Assembly (NCBI GenBank): GCA_047602425.1
Contig: JASGHG010000001.1
Coordinates: forward strand, 1,536,001-1,600,000
Length of the DNA: 64,000 bases
Direction of reading: 5' to 3'
From: Nibricoccus sp.
GTDB lineage: Bacteria > Verrucomicrobiota > Verrucomicrobiia > Opitutales > Opitutaceae
Shown here: piece after piece, positions 48,612-57,620 of the stretch
Layout: the number at the start of each line of letters is the position of its first letter
Position numbering within the stretch: the stretch's first letter is position 1
Notes under the pieces: generated by a model
The model's input: only the letters and a program-made list of their open reading frames with translations
Database searches by the model: none
What the model was told of the DNA's origin: nothing
Position numbers and translations under genes: made by a program

Positions 48612-49244
48612 ATGAGATTTCTCCGCCCACGCGCCCTCCTCGCCCTCACCCTGCTTCCGAGCTTGGCCGCCGCCCAGGAAGCCCGGCCTGCCGCACCCGC
48701 GAAATCCAATATCGAGGTTTCCACCGGCAGCGCAGGAGGCACGGCGCCGACGAAAAAACAACGCGCCGTTTCCGACGACATTTCAAAATCCGTTTCCTCG
48801 GCGTTCAAGTACAACCCGCCGCCACCGCCAAAATCGGAGGAAGAGCTCATCGATCTGCGCGATGTCGACAAACCGCGCAACCAGATCATCCGCCTGCCCA
48901 AGTACGTCGTCGAAGCCAAGAAGCCGCCCGTCTTCAACGATCGTAATTTGTACTCGAAGGAAATGCTGCGCCGACTCGCCTACAAACGTTACTCGAGCAG
49001 TTTCAGCCGCGAAGTTCTCAACAAATATCACTTCCTCGGCAATGGCGACATTGCTTACGCCATGATGCAGTACGAAGCCGAGGAGCGTCAGCGCAACCTG
49101 GCCGAAATGGACAGTACAGCCTCGATGTTGCGAATCTCCGGGGACGATGCCGAAGCAGCCAAAACCAAGGACGACGCCCAAAACACCTACATGCGGCGCT
49201 CGGATGCCGGCACCAACATAAACCATCGCTCAAACGGCCAGTAA
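48612..49244 (+). CDS. Hypothetical exported protein
   Basis: Signal peptide MRFLRPRALLALTLLPSLAAA and host-like codon usage. The longer ORF start lies inside the repeat. Confidence 0.8.
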   Translation: MRFLRPRALLALTLLPSLAAAQEARPAAPAKSNIEVSTGSAGGTAPTKKQRAVSDDISKSVSSAFKYNPPPPPKSEEELIDLRDVDKPRNQIIRLPKYVVEAKKPPVFNDRNLYSKEMLRRLAYKRYSSSFSREVLNKYHFLGNGDIAYAMMQYEAEERQRNLAEMDSTASMLRISGDDAEAAKTKDDAQNTYMRRSDAGTNINHRSNGQ

Positions 49245-49256
49245 CCCCCGGCGCCA

Positions 49257-49814
49257 TCAAGCCACTTTGGCCTCAGCCTTCGCCGGTCGCTTCGCGCCGC
49301 GCACAAAGACTTTCTTGCAGAGCGGGCTCACCACGCCGTGATACGTGGACAGAATTACGATCACGCCCACCAGCGCATAAACCAAACCTTCAATCGTCGT
49401 CGGCACCGCAGCCTTGTAGGCACCGCCTGCTCCCCGGGCGATTTCCCAGTCGAGGTCGCGCAAAAAAACAAAGGGCCTCGTCCACACCGATGCATCGCGC
49501 AATGCCGCCTCCGCGGAAGCCAGCGTGTTAACGCGCGCCTCTGAATCGGTGACCACTTTGCCCATGCTCACGACCGCCGGGTCGGCATTGGCGGCGTATT
49601 GCGTCGCCAATTCCCGCACCGATTTCCCCGCCTGCTTCGCGATCTCTTCGAACTGAAGCAACTGCCGTCGCGCCTCCGCCAGATGACCACCGAGTCGTTG
49701 CAGATATTGCTGCATAAACTCCGGCGCTTGGGCAAACAGCACCGCGCCAATCACGCAAAGGATCCGATCCACCAAAGATGCACCCGCGGAAAAAATGGGC
49801 TTGAGCCAGCGCAT
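49257..49814 (-). CDS. DUF2937-like membrane protein
   Basis: AQAPEFMQQYLQRLGGHLAEARR motif with N- and C-terminal TM helices. Confidence 0.82.
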   Translation of the reverse strand: MRWLKPIFSAGASLVDRILCVIGAVLFAQAPEFMQQYLQRLGGHLAEARRQLLQFEEIAKQAGKSVRELATQYAANADPAVVSMGKVVTDSEARVNTLASAEAALRDASVWTRPFVFLRDLDWEIARGAGGAYKAAVPTTIEGLVYALVGVIVILSTYHGVVSPLCKKVFVRGAKRPAKAEAKVA

Positions 49815-50017
49815 GGCCCGATGCCAGCGCAACGACGACTTTGAGGCAAGCCCGCAAACCGCGTACACGACCCGCAAACATCCAAAGGGAGGCTCGTCGA
49901 AACGGTGTTGATTGGAGATAACGACTATTTCCCCATAAATTCAGAAGCAGCCTCGCAACCTGTTCACCCCTTGCGCGATCGGCCGCGCACCGATAGGATC
50001 CTCGCGGCTTCGCCAGC

Positions 50018-50611
50018 TCAGCCGCCTTGCACCACGTGCGTCACGAGAGCTTCGTGGTTGGTGTAGCCTAGTTCGGTTCCTTGAGCCAAACGGTCCTGTA
50101 GGGCGATCTGCATGCGTTTGGTCACTTCCTCCTTGGTCGCGCCGGTGATGGTCAGATTCAGCTCCGGACAAAATTGGGAAACCGTCCCGCGGATGGACCA
50201 TTGGAGACAGGTCACGCTGCAAATCGTGCGTTCCATCGAGCGTACATAGGGATCGTTCAACATACGTACGATCACACTTCGAAATTCCGCGGTGTTTAGC
50301 GGCTTGGCCAGGCCTTCGTTCGCACCGGCTTTCAAGACCCGGCTGAGCAATGCGCTGTCCATCGCGCTGCTGATCACCACCACTGGCAACGGTTTTAGGG
50401 CCTCGGTCTTTCGCGCCAGTTGAATCAAGTCCAAGGCATCTCCTTCGGGAAAAAGAAAATCGCAAATGAGCAGGTCGAATTTGCGCTCGGAAAGCATCGA
50501 CATCGCCATTCGCAGAGAAGGCGTAATCGTCAGCTCACAAAGACCGGTGAGGTACTTCCGCATGAGCAGTTGCGACGTAGCACTGTCTTCCACATAAAGG
50601 ACTTGTTTCAT
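50018..50611 (-). CDS. Response regulator receiver with a HicB-like C-terminal module
   Basis: VLYVEDS, LLICD, VVVISS and AKP receiver motifs; C-terminal QFCPELNLTITGATKEEVTKRMQIAL. Confidence 0.85.
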   Translation of the reverse strand: MKQVLYVEDSATSQLLMRKYLTGLCELTITPSLRMAMSMLSERKFDLLICDFLFPEGDALDLIQLARKTEALKPLPVVVISSAMDSALLSRVLKAGANEGLAKPLNTAEFRSVIVRMLNDPYVRSMERTICSVTCLQWSIRGTVSQFCPELNLTITGATKEEVTKRMQIALQDRLAQGTELGYTNHEALVTHVVQGG

Positions 50612-50815
50612 GCGCTAATGCGTTAATCGACCAGACTGATATTCCAGTTAAATGGTATCTTGGGTTAAGTGCGAAGGAGCGAATGGCTTCCGTTCACAAT
50701 TATCAATCCCGCTTTGCCGGGAAAAATTTCCGAACTTCGGTCAGTACCAATATAATCCCATAACCCGCTGATTAAATTAAAAATCGGCAAGTGCCATCTC
50801 TCGCATCCGGCAACG

Positions 50816-50845
50816 AAAAACGGGACGGCCATTTAAGCCGTCCCG
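50816..50845 (-). terminator. Rho-independent terminator after the TonB-domain gene
   Basis: Stem CGGGACGGC/GCCGTCCCG with five U on the minus strand. Confidence 0.75.
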
Positions 50846-50872
50846 CTAGTCAGACCCGAACAAAAAAGTCAC

Positions 50873-51607
50873 TCAGGGTTTGGCGTTGGCGACGCTCTTC
50901 TCTTTGCAGAAATCGAAGCTTTGTTGCGCGTGCACCAAGACCGGCTGGCCCTTGCGAGTCGGCGGGGCAAACTGCCACTTGCTCACGGCTGCCACGGCGA
51001 TGCCGGCCAAGCGCGGATCCGATCCGGCGGGCGCCGCGGGAAAACGGACTTTGCCCGTTTCGTCGATGTAGAAATCGATGACCACTTTCCCAATAATCCC
51101 CTGGTCGACCCATTCCTTCGGATACGTCGGCGAAACGATGCTCACCGGAGTCGGGATGCTGTCCAATTTTTTAAGACTGCACGCCTGATATTCATAACCG
51201 TGATCTAGCTCTAAAATCGTCGTATCCACGCCAAAACGCTGCACCAATAGCACGCCGTTCACTTCAAAGTTAAACGTCAGCTCGAGCACCGTTTCAATGG
51301 GTTCTCCGTTATCGTACGCCGGCTCGAACTTCCATTTTTTGATGACCCGCAGAACTTCATCCGCAAATGGCCGGCGTGTGTAGGCCACCACCAGGCTGTC
51401 GATCAACTTCCCCGTCGAATCGATATGCAACACCACGCGCGCGGCGCCGCTCGAAATGCCATCGTTCAACATGCGAATCGGATAAATAGGGGGCGTCGTC
51501 TGAACGATTTTAAACCGGTTGCCGGACTGCGCCGCCGGTTTCTCCACCGCCCGGCCAAGGCCGGCTGTCAGGACGATCAAACTGAAAAAAGCTACGAAGG
51601 TTTTCAT
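50873..51607 (-). CDS. Protein with two tandem TonB C-terminal domains
   Basis: Signal peptide, then PIYP...IDSTGK...KWKFEPA...GEPI and PTYP...IDETGK...KWQFAPP...GQPV. Confidence 0.88.
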   Translation of the reverse strand: MKTFVAFFSLIVLTAGLGRAVEKPAAQSGNRFKIVQTTPPIYPIRMLNDGISSGAARVVLHIDSTGKLIDSLVVAYTRRPFADEVLRVIKKWKFEPAYDNGEPIETVLELTFNFEVNGVLLVQRFGVDTTILELDHGYEYQACSLKKLDSIPTPVSIVSPTYPKEWVDQGIIGKVVIDFYIDETGKVRFPAAPAGSDPRLAGIAVAAVSKWQFAPPTRKGQPVLVHAQQSFDFCKEKSVANAKP

Positions 51608-51755
51608 GGGTAAAATGGGTTGCCCTGCATAACCCCGCGACCCTCGACACCCCTTCAAAAGAATCAAAGCCGAACAATGATCCACGCGTCTTTCATCCCG
51701 TCACGCGGCAAAAATTTACCCGCGTCAATCGTGCCTAAACCCCCGCAGCTTCAAA

Positions 51756-53150
51756 TCACTGATACAGCCAAATGCGGCGTGACATCTCTTGATAGAGCCG
51801 CGCGCGACCACGCCAATCCCTGATAAAGGCTTCGACATTCACCCGCGCGCCCTCCCGGCGAAGCGCATTCCACCAAGCGGTTGAGCCGATGTGGCGGTTG
51901 AACTTCGATATCTGGAGTCCATTGAACCCAGCATAGAGATTTGTGCCGCGGTAACGACAAGCCAGCCGCATTAAGTGGAAGCTCAGCTCGGTCGGATTCC
52001 ACACGCTCCAATCCGTGACCTGAACCAATACGCCACCGACAGGACGGCCGCGATTGTCGGCCTGCGTGATTTTCTGAAACCAAATCCCCGGAAGCCGCAG
52101 CATTTGCAAGTCGCGCAACAACTGCTCCGTTGGCTTCCCTCCGCCCGAGACAATTTGAAACGAATACGGCGGCCCCATGCTGTGGCTGAAACCGGTTTCC
52201 TGACAGCCGAGCCCAACCATTGCATAGCCTACAACCGAATTAAAATCGCAGATCGCCGGCGATGTCGGGATAAAATTCAGACCTGTTTCCGGCCAGCGCA
52301 TGTCGCGCCGCCACCCGCGCATCGCCACCACGGTCAGCCGGCCGCGCGCGCGAATGGTTTCCGGCACATCCATGATTCCGGGTGTCGCTGCCGCCAGCCG
52401 CGCGAGTTCCCCGATGGTCAATCCATGCACATAGGGCACGGGAAACGCACCGACGCCGCTCATCAACTCGCGGTCGAGCAGCGGCCCGTCGACTTTTAGA
52501 CCTCCCAATGGGTTCGGCCTGTCCAACACGATCACTTCCACGCCCGCCGAAAAGCAGGCTTCCATCGCATAGCGCATCGTCACCGAATACGTGTAGGAGC
52601 GCACACCGATATCCTGCAGGTCGATGACCAGCGCATCGATCGTGTTCAACTGCTCGCGTGTGGGCCGGCGATTTTTTCCATGCAGCGAATACACCGGCAA
52701 TTTCGTCCGCCGATCCACCGTGTCATCGACATTCACGCTGGCCGCCTCGCTGCCGTAGATGCCGTGTTCCGGCGCGAAAAGGCACACCAGTTTCACGCGC
52801 GGCGAACGTCGCAACACGTCAACGGTTGCCACCCCAAAACGATTTACCCCCGCCGGATGCGTGAGCAATCCCACTCGCTTTCCTCGCAATAACGCGAATC
52901 CCTCCGATTCCAGCACATCGATGCCCAGCAGTACTCGTGATTCCAATACCGGCATCGTGAACAATGGCCGGACCGGCGGGCGGCTCGGCGCCGTGCGTGG
53001 TCCCGCCATCACGCCGCTGGCGACAGCCAACGACACCAGCAACCACCGGAAAACCGTGGTCGGGAGAAAGCGGAATACAGAAAGCATCGCAGCGACGCAT
53101 GCCCGAGCACCGCGTTCCGGTCGAGCCGTTTTGTTCTCGTCGCTCTTCAA
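51756..53150 (-). CDS. DUF1343 / NamZ-like exo-beta-N-acetylmuramidase
   Basis: LGIDVL, GKRVGLLTH, FAPEHG, DLQDIGVRSYTY, LDRPNPLGG, HGLTIGELA, PTSP. Start uncertain. Confidence 0.9.
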   Translation of the reverse strand: MKSDENKTARPERGARACVAAMLSVFRFLPTTVFRWLLVSLAVASGVMAGPRTAPSRPPVRPLFTMPVLESRVLLGIDVLESEGFALLRGKRVGLLTHPAGVNRFGVATVDVLRRSPRVKLVCLFAPEHGIYGSEAASVNVDDTVDRRTKLPVYSLHGKNRRPTREQLNTIDALVIDLQDIGVRSYTYSVTMRYAMEACFSAGVEVIVLDRPNPLGGLKVDGPLLDRELMSGVGAFPVPYVHGLTIGELARLAAATPGIMDVPETIRARGRLTVVAMRGWRRDMRWPETGLNFIPTSPAICDFNSVVGYAMVGLGCQETGFSHSMGPPYSFQIVSGGGKPTEQLLRDLQMLRLPGIWFQKITQADNRGRPVGGVLVQVTDWSVWNPTELSFHLMRLACRYRGTNLYAGFNGLQISKFNRHIGSTAWWNALRREGARVNVEAFIRDWRGRARLYQEMSRRIWLYQ

Positions 53151-53242
53151 GGGAACCCGTTCCTCGAACCCTTCGCTGCGCTCAGGGCGAACCCGCTTAA
53201 CTCAAACCGCGCAGCTCACCATCTCCACACTCGCGTACTCCG

Positions 53243-53312
53243 TCCGACTTCCGACCTCTGGCCTCTGGCCTCCGGCCTCTGGCATCTGGCATCTGGCCTC
53301 CGGCTTCTAGCA
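53243..53312. repeat. Tandem heptamer repeat, 10 units, consensus TCYGRCH
   Basis: tccgact tccgacc tctggcc tctggcc tccggcc tctggca tctggca tctggcc tccggct tctagca. Confidence 0.92.
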
Positions 53313-53354
53313 TTTACGCTGGCACATTCCACCGTCATCGTGGTCGCACATCCG

Positions 53355-54224
53355 ATGAAACTTGTCCGCCTGCCACTTTTTTCCGCCAGCCTGCTCGGCC
53401 TCGTGCTGATCGGCCCTTTGCTGCGCGCCGACGATGCCTCCGCCGAGTCCAAGCTCAAAGAAATCGTCGCCCACCAAAAAGCCTTCTTCGCCGAAGCGGA
53501 AAAAGCCGGCGACAAACTCGACGACGAAAATGCACGCGGACAGCTTCAACAAATTGGCAACGACTACGAAACCCTCATCGGGCGTAATCCCAAATTCGTG
53601 CCCGCCTACGTCGCCTACGGCCTTTTCCTCGGCAAAGTCGACAATCGCAAAGACGCCATCGGAATACTCCTCAAGGCCAATGCCCTCGACAAAAATATCC
53701 CCGTGGTGAAAAACCAGCTCGGCAACTACCTCGCCGAGGAAGGCCGCCCTATCGAGGCCATGAACTACTATCTATCGGCCATTCAGCTTGAGCCCAAGGA
53801 AGCGCTTTATCATCTCCAACTCGGCAATCTGATCTTCGAAGCCCGCGCCGAGTTTCTAAAATCCGGCCAGTGGGATCGCTCGCAACTCGACAAGACGATG
53901 CAAAACTCCCTCCTCCAAGCCATGCAGTGCGCACCCGACGACTGGCGCTTCGGCTATCGCTACGGACTCTCGTTCTACCAAGTGGAAAAACCCGATTGGG
54001 ACGCCGCGCTGCAATTCTGGAAAGACTTTGAAAAAAAACTGCCCGCCGGACTTCAACAAGGCGCCGCCCGCATCAACCAGGCCAAGGTCCTCATCGCAAA
54101 AAGCCAGCCCGATGAAGCCAAGACCGTCCTCGCCTCCGTCACCGAGCCCGACCTGAAAGAAGAAAAAGAAAAGCTGATTACGGAAATAGACGCCAAAGCC
54201 GGCGCCTCCGAATCCACCAAGTAG
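53355..54224 (+). CDS. Exported tetratricopeptide-repeat protein
   Basis: Signal peptide; TPR-like helices AYVAYGLFL, NQLGNYLAEEG..EA..YY..AIQLEP and LQLGNL. Confidence 0.85.
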   Translation: MKLVRLPLFSASLLGLVLIGPLLRADDASAESKLKEIVAHQKAFFAEAEKAGDKLDDENARGQLQQIGNDYETLIGRNPKFVPAYVAYGLFLGKVDNRKDAIGILLKANALDKNIPVVKNQLGNYLAEEGRPIEAMNYYLSAIQLEPKEALYHLQLGNLIFEARAEFLKSGQWDRSQLDKTMQNSLLQAMQCAPDDWRFGYRYGLSFYQVEKPDWDAALQFWKDFEKKLPAGLQQGAARINQAKVLIAKSQPDEAKTVLASVTEPDLKEEKEKLITEIDAKAGASESTK

Positions 54225-54267
54225 CATTTGCCAACCCCCGGTGCATGCCTTGCACTGGACGAACATC

Positions 54268-55080
54268 ATGTCTTGGTTCAATAAAATCGCGCGCAAGCTC
54301 GAACCTTTCGCCATCCACAATCTCACGCTCTACCTCGTAATCGGACAGACATTCGTCTATCTGGCGGCGATGATGGGGCTGCTGGATCCCATTAAGCTCA
54401 TGCTTGTGCCTGCACTGGTCGGGCAAGGGGAGCCCTGGCGCCTTATCTCGTTCATCTTTATTCCCCCCAATGCCAGCTGGCTGTTCATCGCCTTTGCCTT
54501 GTATCTTTTCTACTTGTTCGGCTCCTCGCTGGAAGAACATTGGGGCGCGCTTCACTACAACCTCTTTCTTCTCACCGGCTATTTGCTTACCGTAGGGTTG
54601 TCTTTTCTCACACCCACCGAGACCGCTTCCAATTTCTTTATCGGCAGCGCGGTGTTCCTCGCCTTCGCGTATCTTTTCCCGGATTTCGTCATGTACATTT
54701 TCTTCATCCTCCCGGTGAAGATCAAATGGCTGGGGCTTCTTACCTGGCTCGGTTATGCCTTCAGTTTTTACGTCGGCGAGTGGCCCACGCGCTTCGCCAT
54801 CATCGGCGGCGTCGGCAATTTTCTCATCTTCTTCGCCCGCGATATCGTCCTCAGCATCAAGCAAGGCCGTCGCCGCATGCAGTCCCAAGCCAAGTTATTT
54901 GGCCGGCAAAACGACGAACGCGAACCACGTCATGTCTGCCACGTCTGCGGCAAAACAGACATCAGCCATCCTGAACTCGATTTTCGCTATTGTTCAAAAT
55001 GCGCCGGCGATCAATGCTACTGCCCTGAGCATCTCCGCGCGCACGAGCATGTGTTGAACAACCCCGCCGCGAAATCATGA
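54268..55080 (+). CDS. Rhomboid/Derlin-like membrane protein with C-terminal Cys/His zinc-finger-like tail
   Basis: GEPWRLISFIFIPP, FGSSLEEHWG, YLFPD..YIFFILPVKIKW; tail HVCHVCG...FRYCSKC...YCPEH...HEH. Confidence 0.82.
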   Translation: MSWFNKIARKLEPFAIHNLTLYLVIGQTFVYLAAMMGLLDPIKLMLVPALVGQGEPWRLISFIFIPPNASWLFIAFALYLFYLFGSSLEEHWGALHYNLFLLTGYLLTVGLSFLTPTETASNFFIGSAVFLAFAYLFPDFVMYIFFILPVKIKWLGLLTWLGYAFSFYVGEWPTRFAIIGGVGNFLIFFARDIVLSIKQGRRRMQSQAKLFGRQNDEREPRHVCHVCGKTDISHPELDFRYCSKCAGDQCYCPEHLRAHEHVLNNPAAKS

Positions 55081-56018
55081 AAAAATCGCCCGCAACCAAG
55101 GCGCGAAAAAAGCCCCTCTTTTCCCGCACGGCCCAGCTCGTGACGTTCGATGACTGGCTGCAGCTCGCCGTCGAGCTCTACGCCCGCGAAGAGGTCGCCC
55201 TCGGCCAGGTCACCGATATCGCGCAGGACGAAGCCCTTTATCTCCTCCTCCGCACGCTCGATCTTCCGCTCGATAGCAACCCCGATATCCTCGATCGCAA
55301 GCTCACTCCAAAGGAAATCACCGCCGTTAAAGCCGTCCTTGAACGCCGCATCGTCGATCGCGTGCCCGCAGCCTACATCACGCGCGAGGCTTTCCTCGGT
55401 GAACATCGCTTCTACGTCGACGAACGCGCCATCATCCCACGCTCCTACTTTCTCGAAATTATCCCCGAACAGCTCGACCATTGGCTGCCTGACCCAAAAA
55501 AAGTTCGTCACGTCGTCGACGTTTGCACGGGCTCAGGCTGCCTCGCCATCCTACTTGCCGATCATTTTCCCAAGGCCAAAGTCGATGCCATCGATCTCTC
55601 GCCCGACGCGCTGGAGGTCGCGAAGATCAATCTCAAGGACCACAAGCTCGCCAGCCGCGTACAACTCTTCGAGAGCGACGTTTTTGACGCTGTCCCAAAA
55701 CAAAAATACGACGTCATTCTCAGCAATCCCCCGTACGAGCCGAGTAAACATGTCGACGGCCTGCCCATTGAGTTTCACCAAGAGCCACGCATGTCGCTCG
55801 ATGGCGGCCATGACGGGCTAGACATCATCCGCAAGCTCCTGCGCCAGTCGCGAGAACGCCTGCAACCCGACGGTATCGTCCTGATTGAAGTCGGCGGCCT
55901 GCGCGAAGCAATGGACAAGGAATTTGCCGCCCTCGATCTCCACTGGCTTCACACCACCGACGGCGCCGATTGCATCTGCGTCATCAACGCAAAACGGTTA
56001 AAAACCGCCAAATTATAA
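55077..56018 (+). CDS. prmB: 50S ribosomal protein L3 N5-glutamine methyltransferase
   Basis: DEALYLL, RRIVDRVPAAYITREA, FYVDERAIIPRS, DVCTGSGC, SNPPY, EVG. Confidence 0.92.
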   Translation: MKKSPATKARKKPLFSRTAQLVTFDDWLQLAVELYAREEVALGQVTDIAQDEALYLLLRTLDLPLDSNPDILDRKLTPKEITAVKAVLERRIVDRVPAAYITREAFLGEHRFYVDERAIIPRSYFLEIIPEQLDHWLPDPKKVRHVVDVCTGSGCLAILLADHFPKAKVDAIDLSPDALEVAKINLKDHKLASRVQLFESDVFDAVPKQKYDVILSNPPYEPSKHVDGLPIEFHQEPRMSLDGGHDGLDIIRKLLRQSRERLQPDGIVLIEVGGLREAMDKEFAALDLHWLHTTDGADCICVINAKRLKTAKL

Positions 56019-56074
56019 GCCGGTCCTTTCGACCGACCATAGCCGCTCAGCATAAAAAACCAGTCCACCCAAAC

Positions 56075-56099
56075 TGGAGGGCCGACTTCCACGTCGGTC
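56075..56099 (+). repeat. Solo GGAG-type REP-like hairpin
   Basis: TGGAGGGCCGACTTCCACGTCGGTC between convergent prmB and porin genes. Confidence 0.5.
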
Positions 56100-56173
56100 A
56101 ATCCGAGTAAGCCAGCTAGGCGAAAACGTTCAATCGGAGCTGATGTTGTAGCGGCACAACTTAGTCGATTTGC

Positions 56174-57328
56174 CTAGAACAGAACCTGCATCCGGCCGAT
56201 CAACCGATCGCCATCGTCAAAACCCTCGGGCTGGTCACCAATCAGGTAGTTGAGCGAGAGCTTCAGATCTTCGCCACGCAACAGGTAGTTCACACCTGTC
56301 GTCCAAACCTTGGTGGTGGTGTTGGTGGTTGCGGTATTGCTGTCGTAATTTTCATAACGCACCACGCCCTGCCATTTCGGCGTAATCCTGTAGGCTGCAA
56401 GCAGAGAATAGCCTTCGGCCTTGGTGACAACTCCAGCCGTCGTGCGATTTTCGCCGCGCAGCCATTCCGCCCAAATATCGCCGGAACCGATGGCGACTTG
56501 CGTGTCGATACCCAAGCCCTTCCGTACACCGCTGAACGCCGTGCCCGTACCCGTATCCCGCGTCCGGAGCGCGTTCGTGCCGACGCTCCACTTCAAGGGA
56601 GTGTCGCCAAGCTTGGTATCGACGACCAGTCCGGAAACACGTCCCGCCCACATCATTTGGTCATTATCGTTGGTTGTCGTATTCACGCCGCTGCCATTGA
56701 AGGCGCCGACCGAATACGAAATACGCTTCTCCACGACGTCCCCGGAAACCCCGACGCCGATTTGCCGGCCGAAGGTCAAACGATCGTTCGGTAGCGAACG
56801 CTCGATCGTGTGCGTCTTCGTGTCCGACGCCAGCTGTTCGAAGCCGAAAGGTGTTTTAAACTGGCCAACCTTAACGACCGAAAAAGCGTATTTGTTCCAT
56901 TGCAGGTAACCGTCGGTTAGTTGTGCTCGAAGTCCGCTGGAGGCGCCGAGCGTGTTCGCGCCGAAGTCGGCTTCGACTTTAGCCAGGAAGTCGCCGCCAA
57001 AGGTGGCCGTGGCATTCAAACGCGCACGACGCAGAAAAAACCGATTCGAGATACCCGCCCAACGCGCATCCGGCACGTCACCGAATTCGCCGTTTGCATG
57101 AATGAACCCACCCAGGACCAACTTCGTCTCCTTGCCCGCAGGAGCGACGAAAACCGGTGGTTTACCGTCCTTTGAATAGCCAAGTTCCTTTTTCAGCGCG
57201 GCGTTCTCGGCGGCCAACGCGGACACTTTCTTTTCCAATTCAGACAAGCGCTCCTCGATGGTGGGCGCAGCAAATGCCGGCAACGCCAAGAGAGCGAGCA
57301 CGGCCATTGGGATAGAACGAAGGATCAT
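56174..57328 (-). CDS. Phosphate-selective porin (OprO/OprP-like)
   Basis: Signal peptide, coiled coil, FFLRRARL, LTDGYL, KVGQFKTPFGFEQL...IERS, C-terminal RMQVLF. Confidence 0.85.
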   Translation of the reverse strand: MILRSIPMAVLALLALPAFAAPTIEERLSELEKKVSALAAENAALKKELGYSKDGKPPVFVAPAGKETKLVLGGFIHANGEFGDVPDARWAGISNRFFLRRARLNATATFGGDFLAKVEADFGANTLGASSGLRAQLTDGYLQWNKYAFSVVKVGQFKTPFGFEQLASDTKTHTIERSLPNDRLTFGRQIGVGVSGDVVEKRISYSVGAFNGSGVNTTTNDNDQMMWAGRVSGLVVDTKLGDTPLKWSVGTNALRTRDTGTGTAFSGVRKGLGIDTQVAIGSGDIWAEWLRGENRTTAGVVTKAEGYSLLAAYRITPKWQGVVRYENYDSNTATTNTTTKVWTTGVNYLLRGEDLKLSLNYLIGDQPEGFDDGDRLIGRMQVLF

Positions 57329-57620
57329 GTTGGTTGGTAGGGTTTGTTTAGAGCCTATTTTGTATTTCGGCTGCTTCAAGTGATCCTTAAGTTTCATCAC
57401 CTGGAGGGCTTCTCGCTGCCAGCTCGCACAATCTACTACATAAAATCGAGTTACTGCATGGTGCAGTTTGCGACAGAACTAGAAAATAAACCCGAACAAG
57501 TCTCTCCCTGCTACGGTAATGCCATGAAATTACATTAAGCAGCCGTTAGCACATCCAATATAAACCGGGAATGCACTCTGAGATTGCACCGCGGAAGGCC
57601 GTTTGAAACAACGTCGGCGC

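Noticed and set aside
57515..57540. Pho box upstream of the phosphate-porin-like gene
   Set aside because: Only a weak match to one half-site (TGTAAT); the second repeat is poor.
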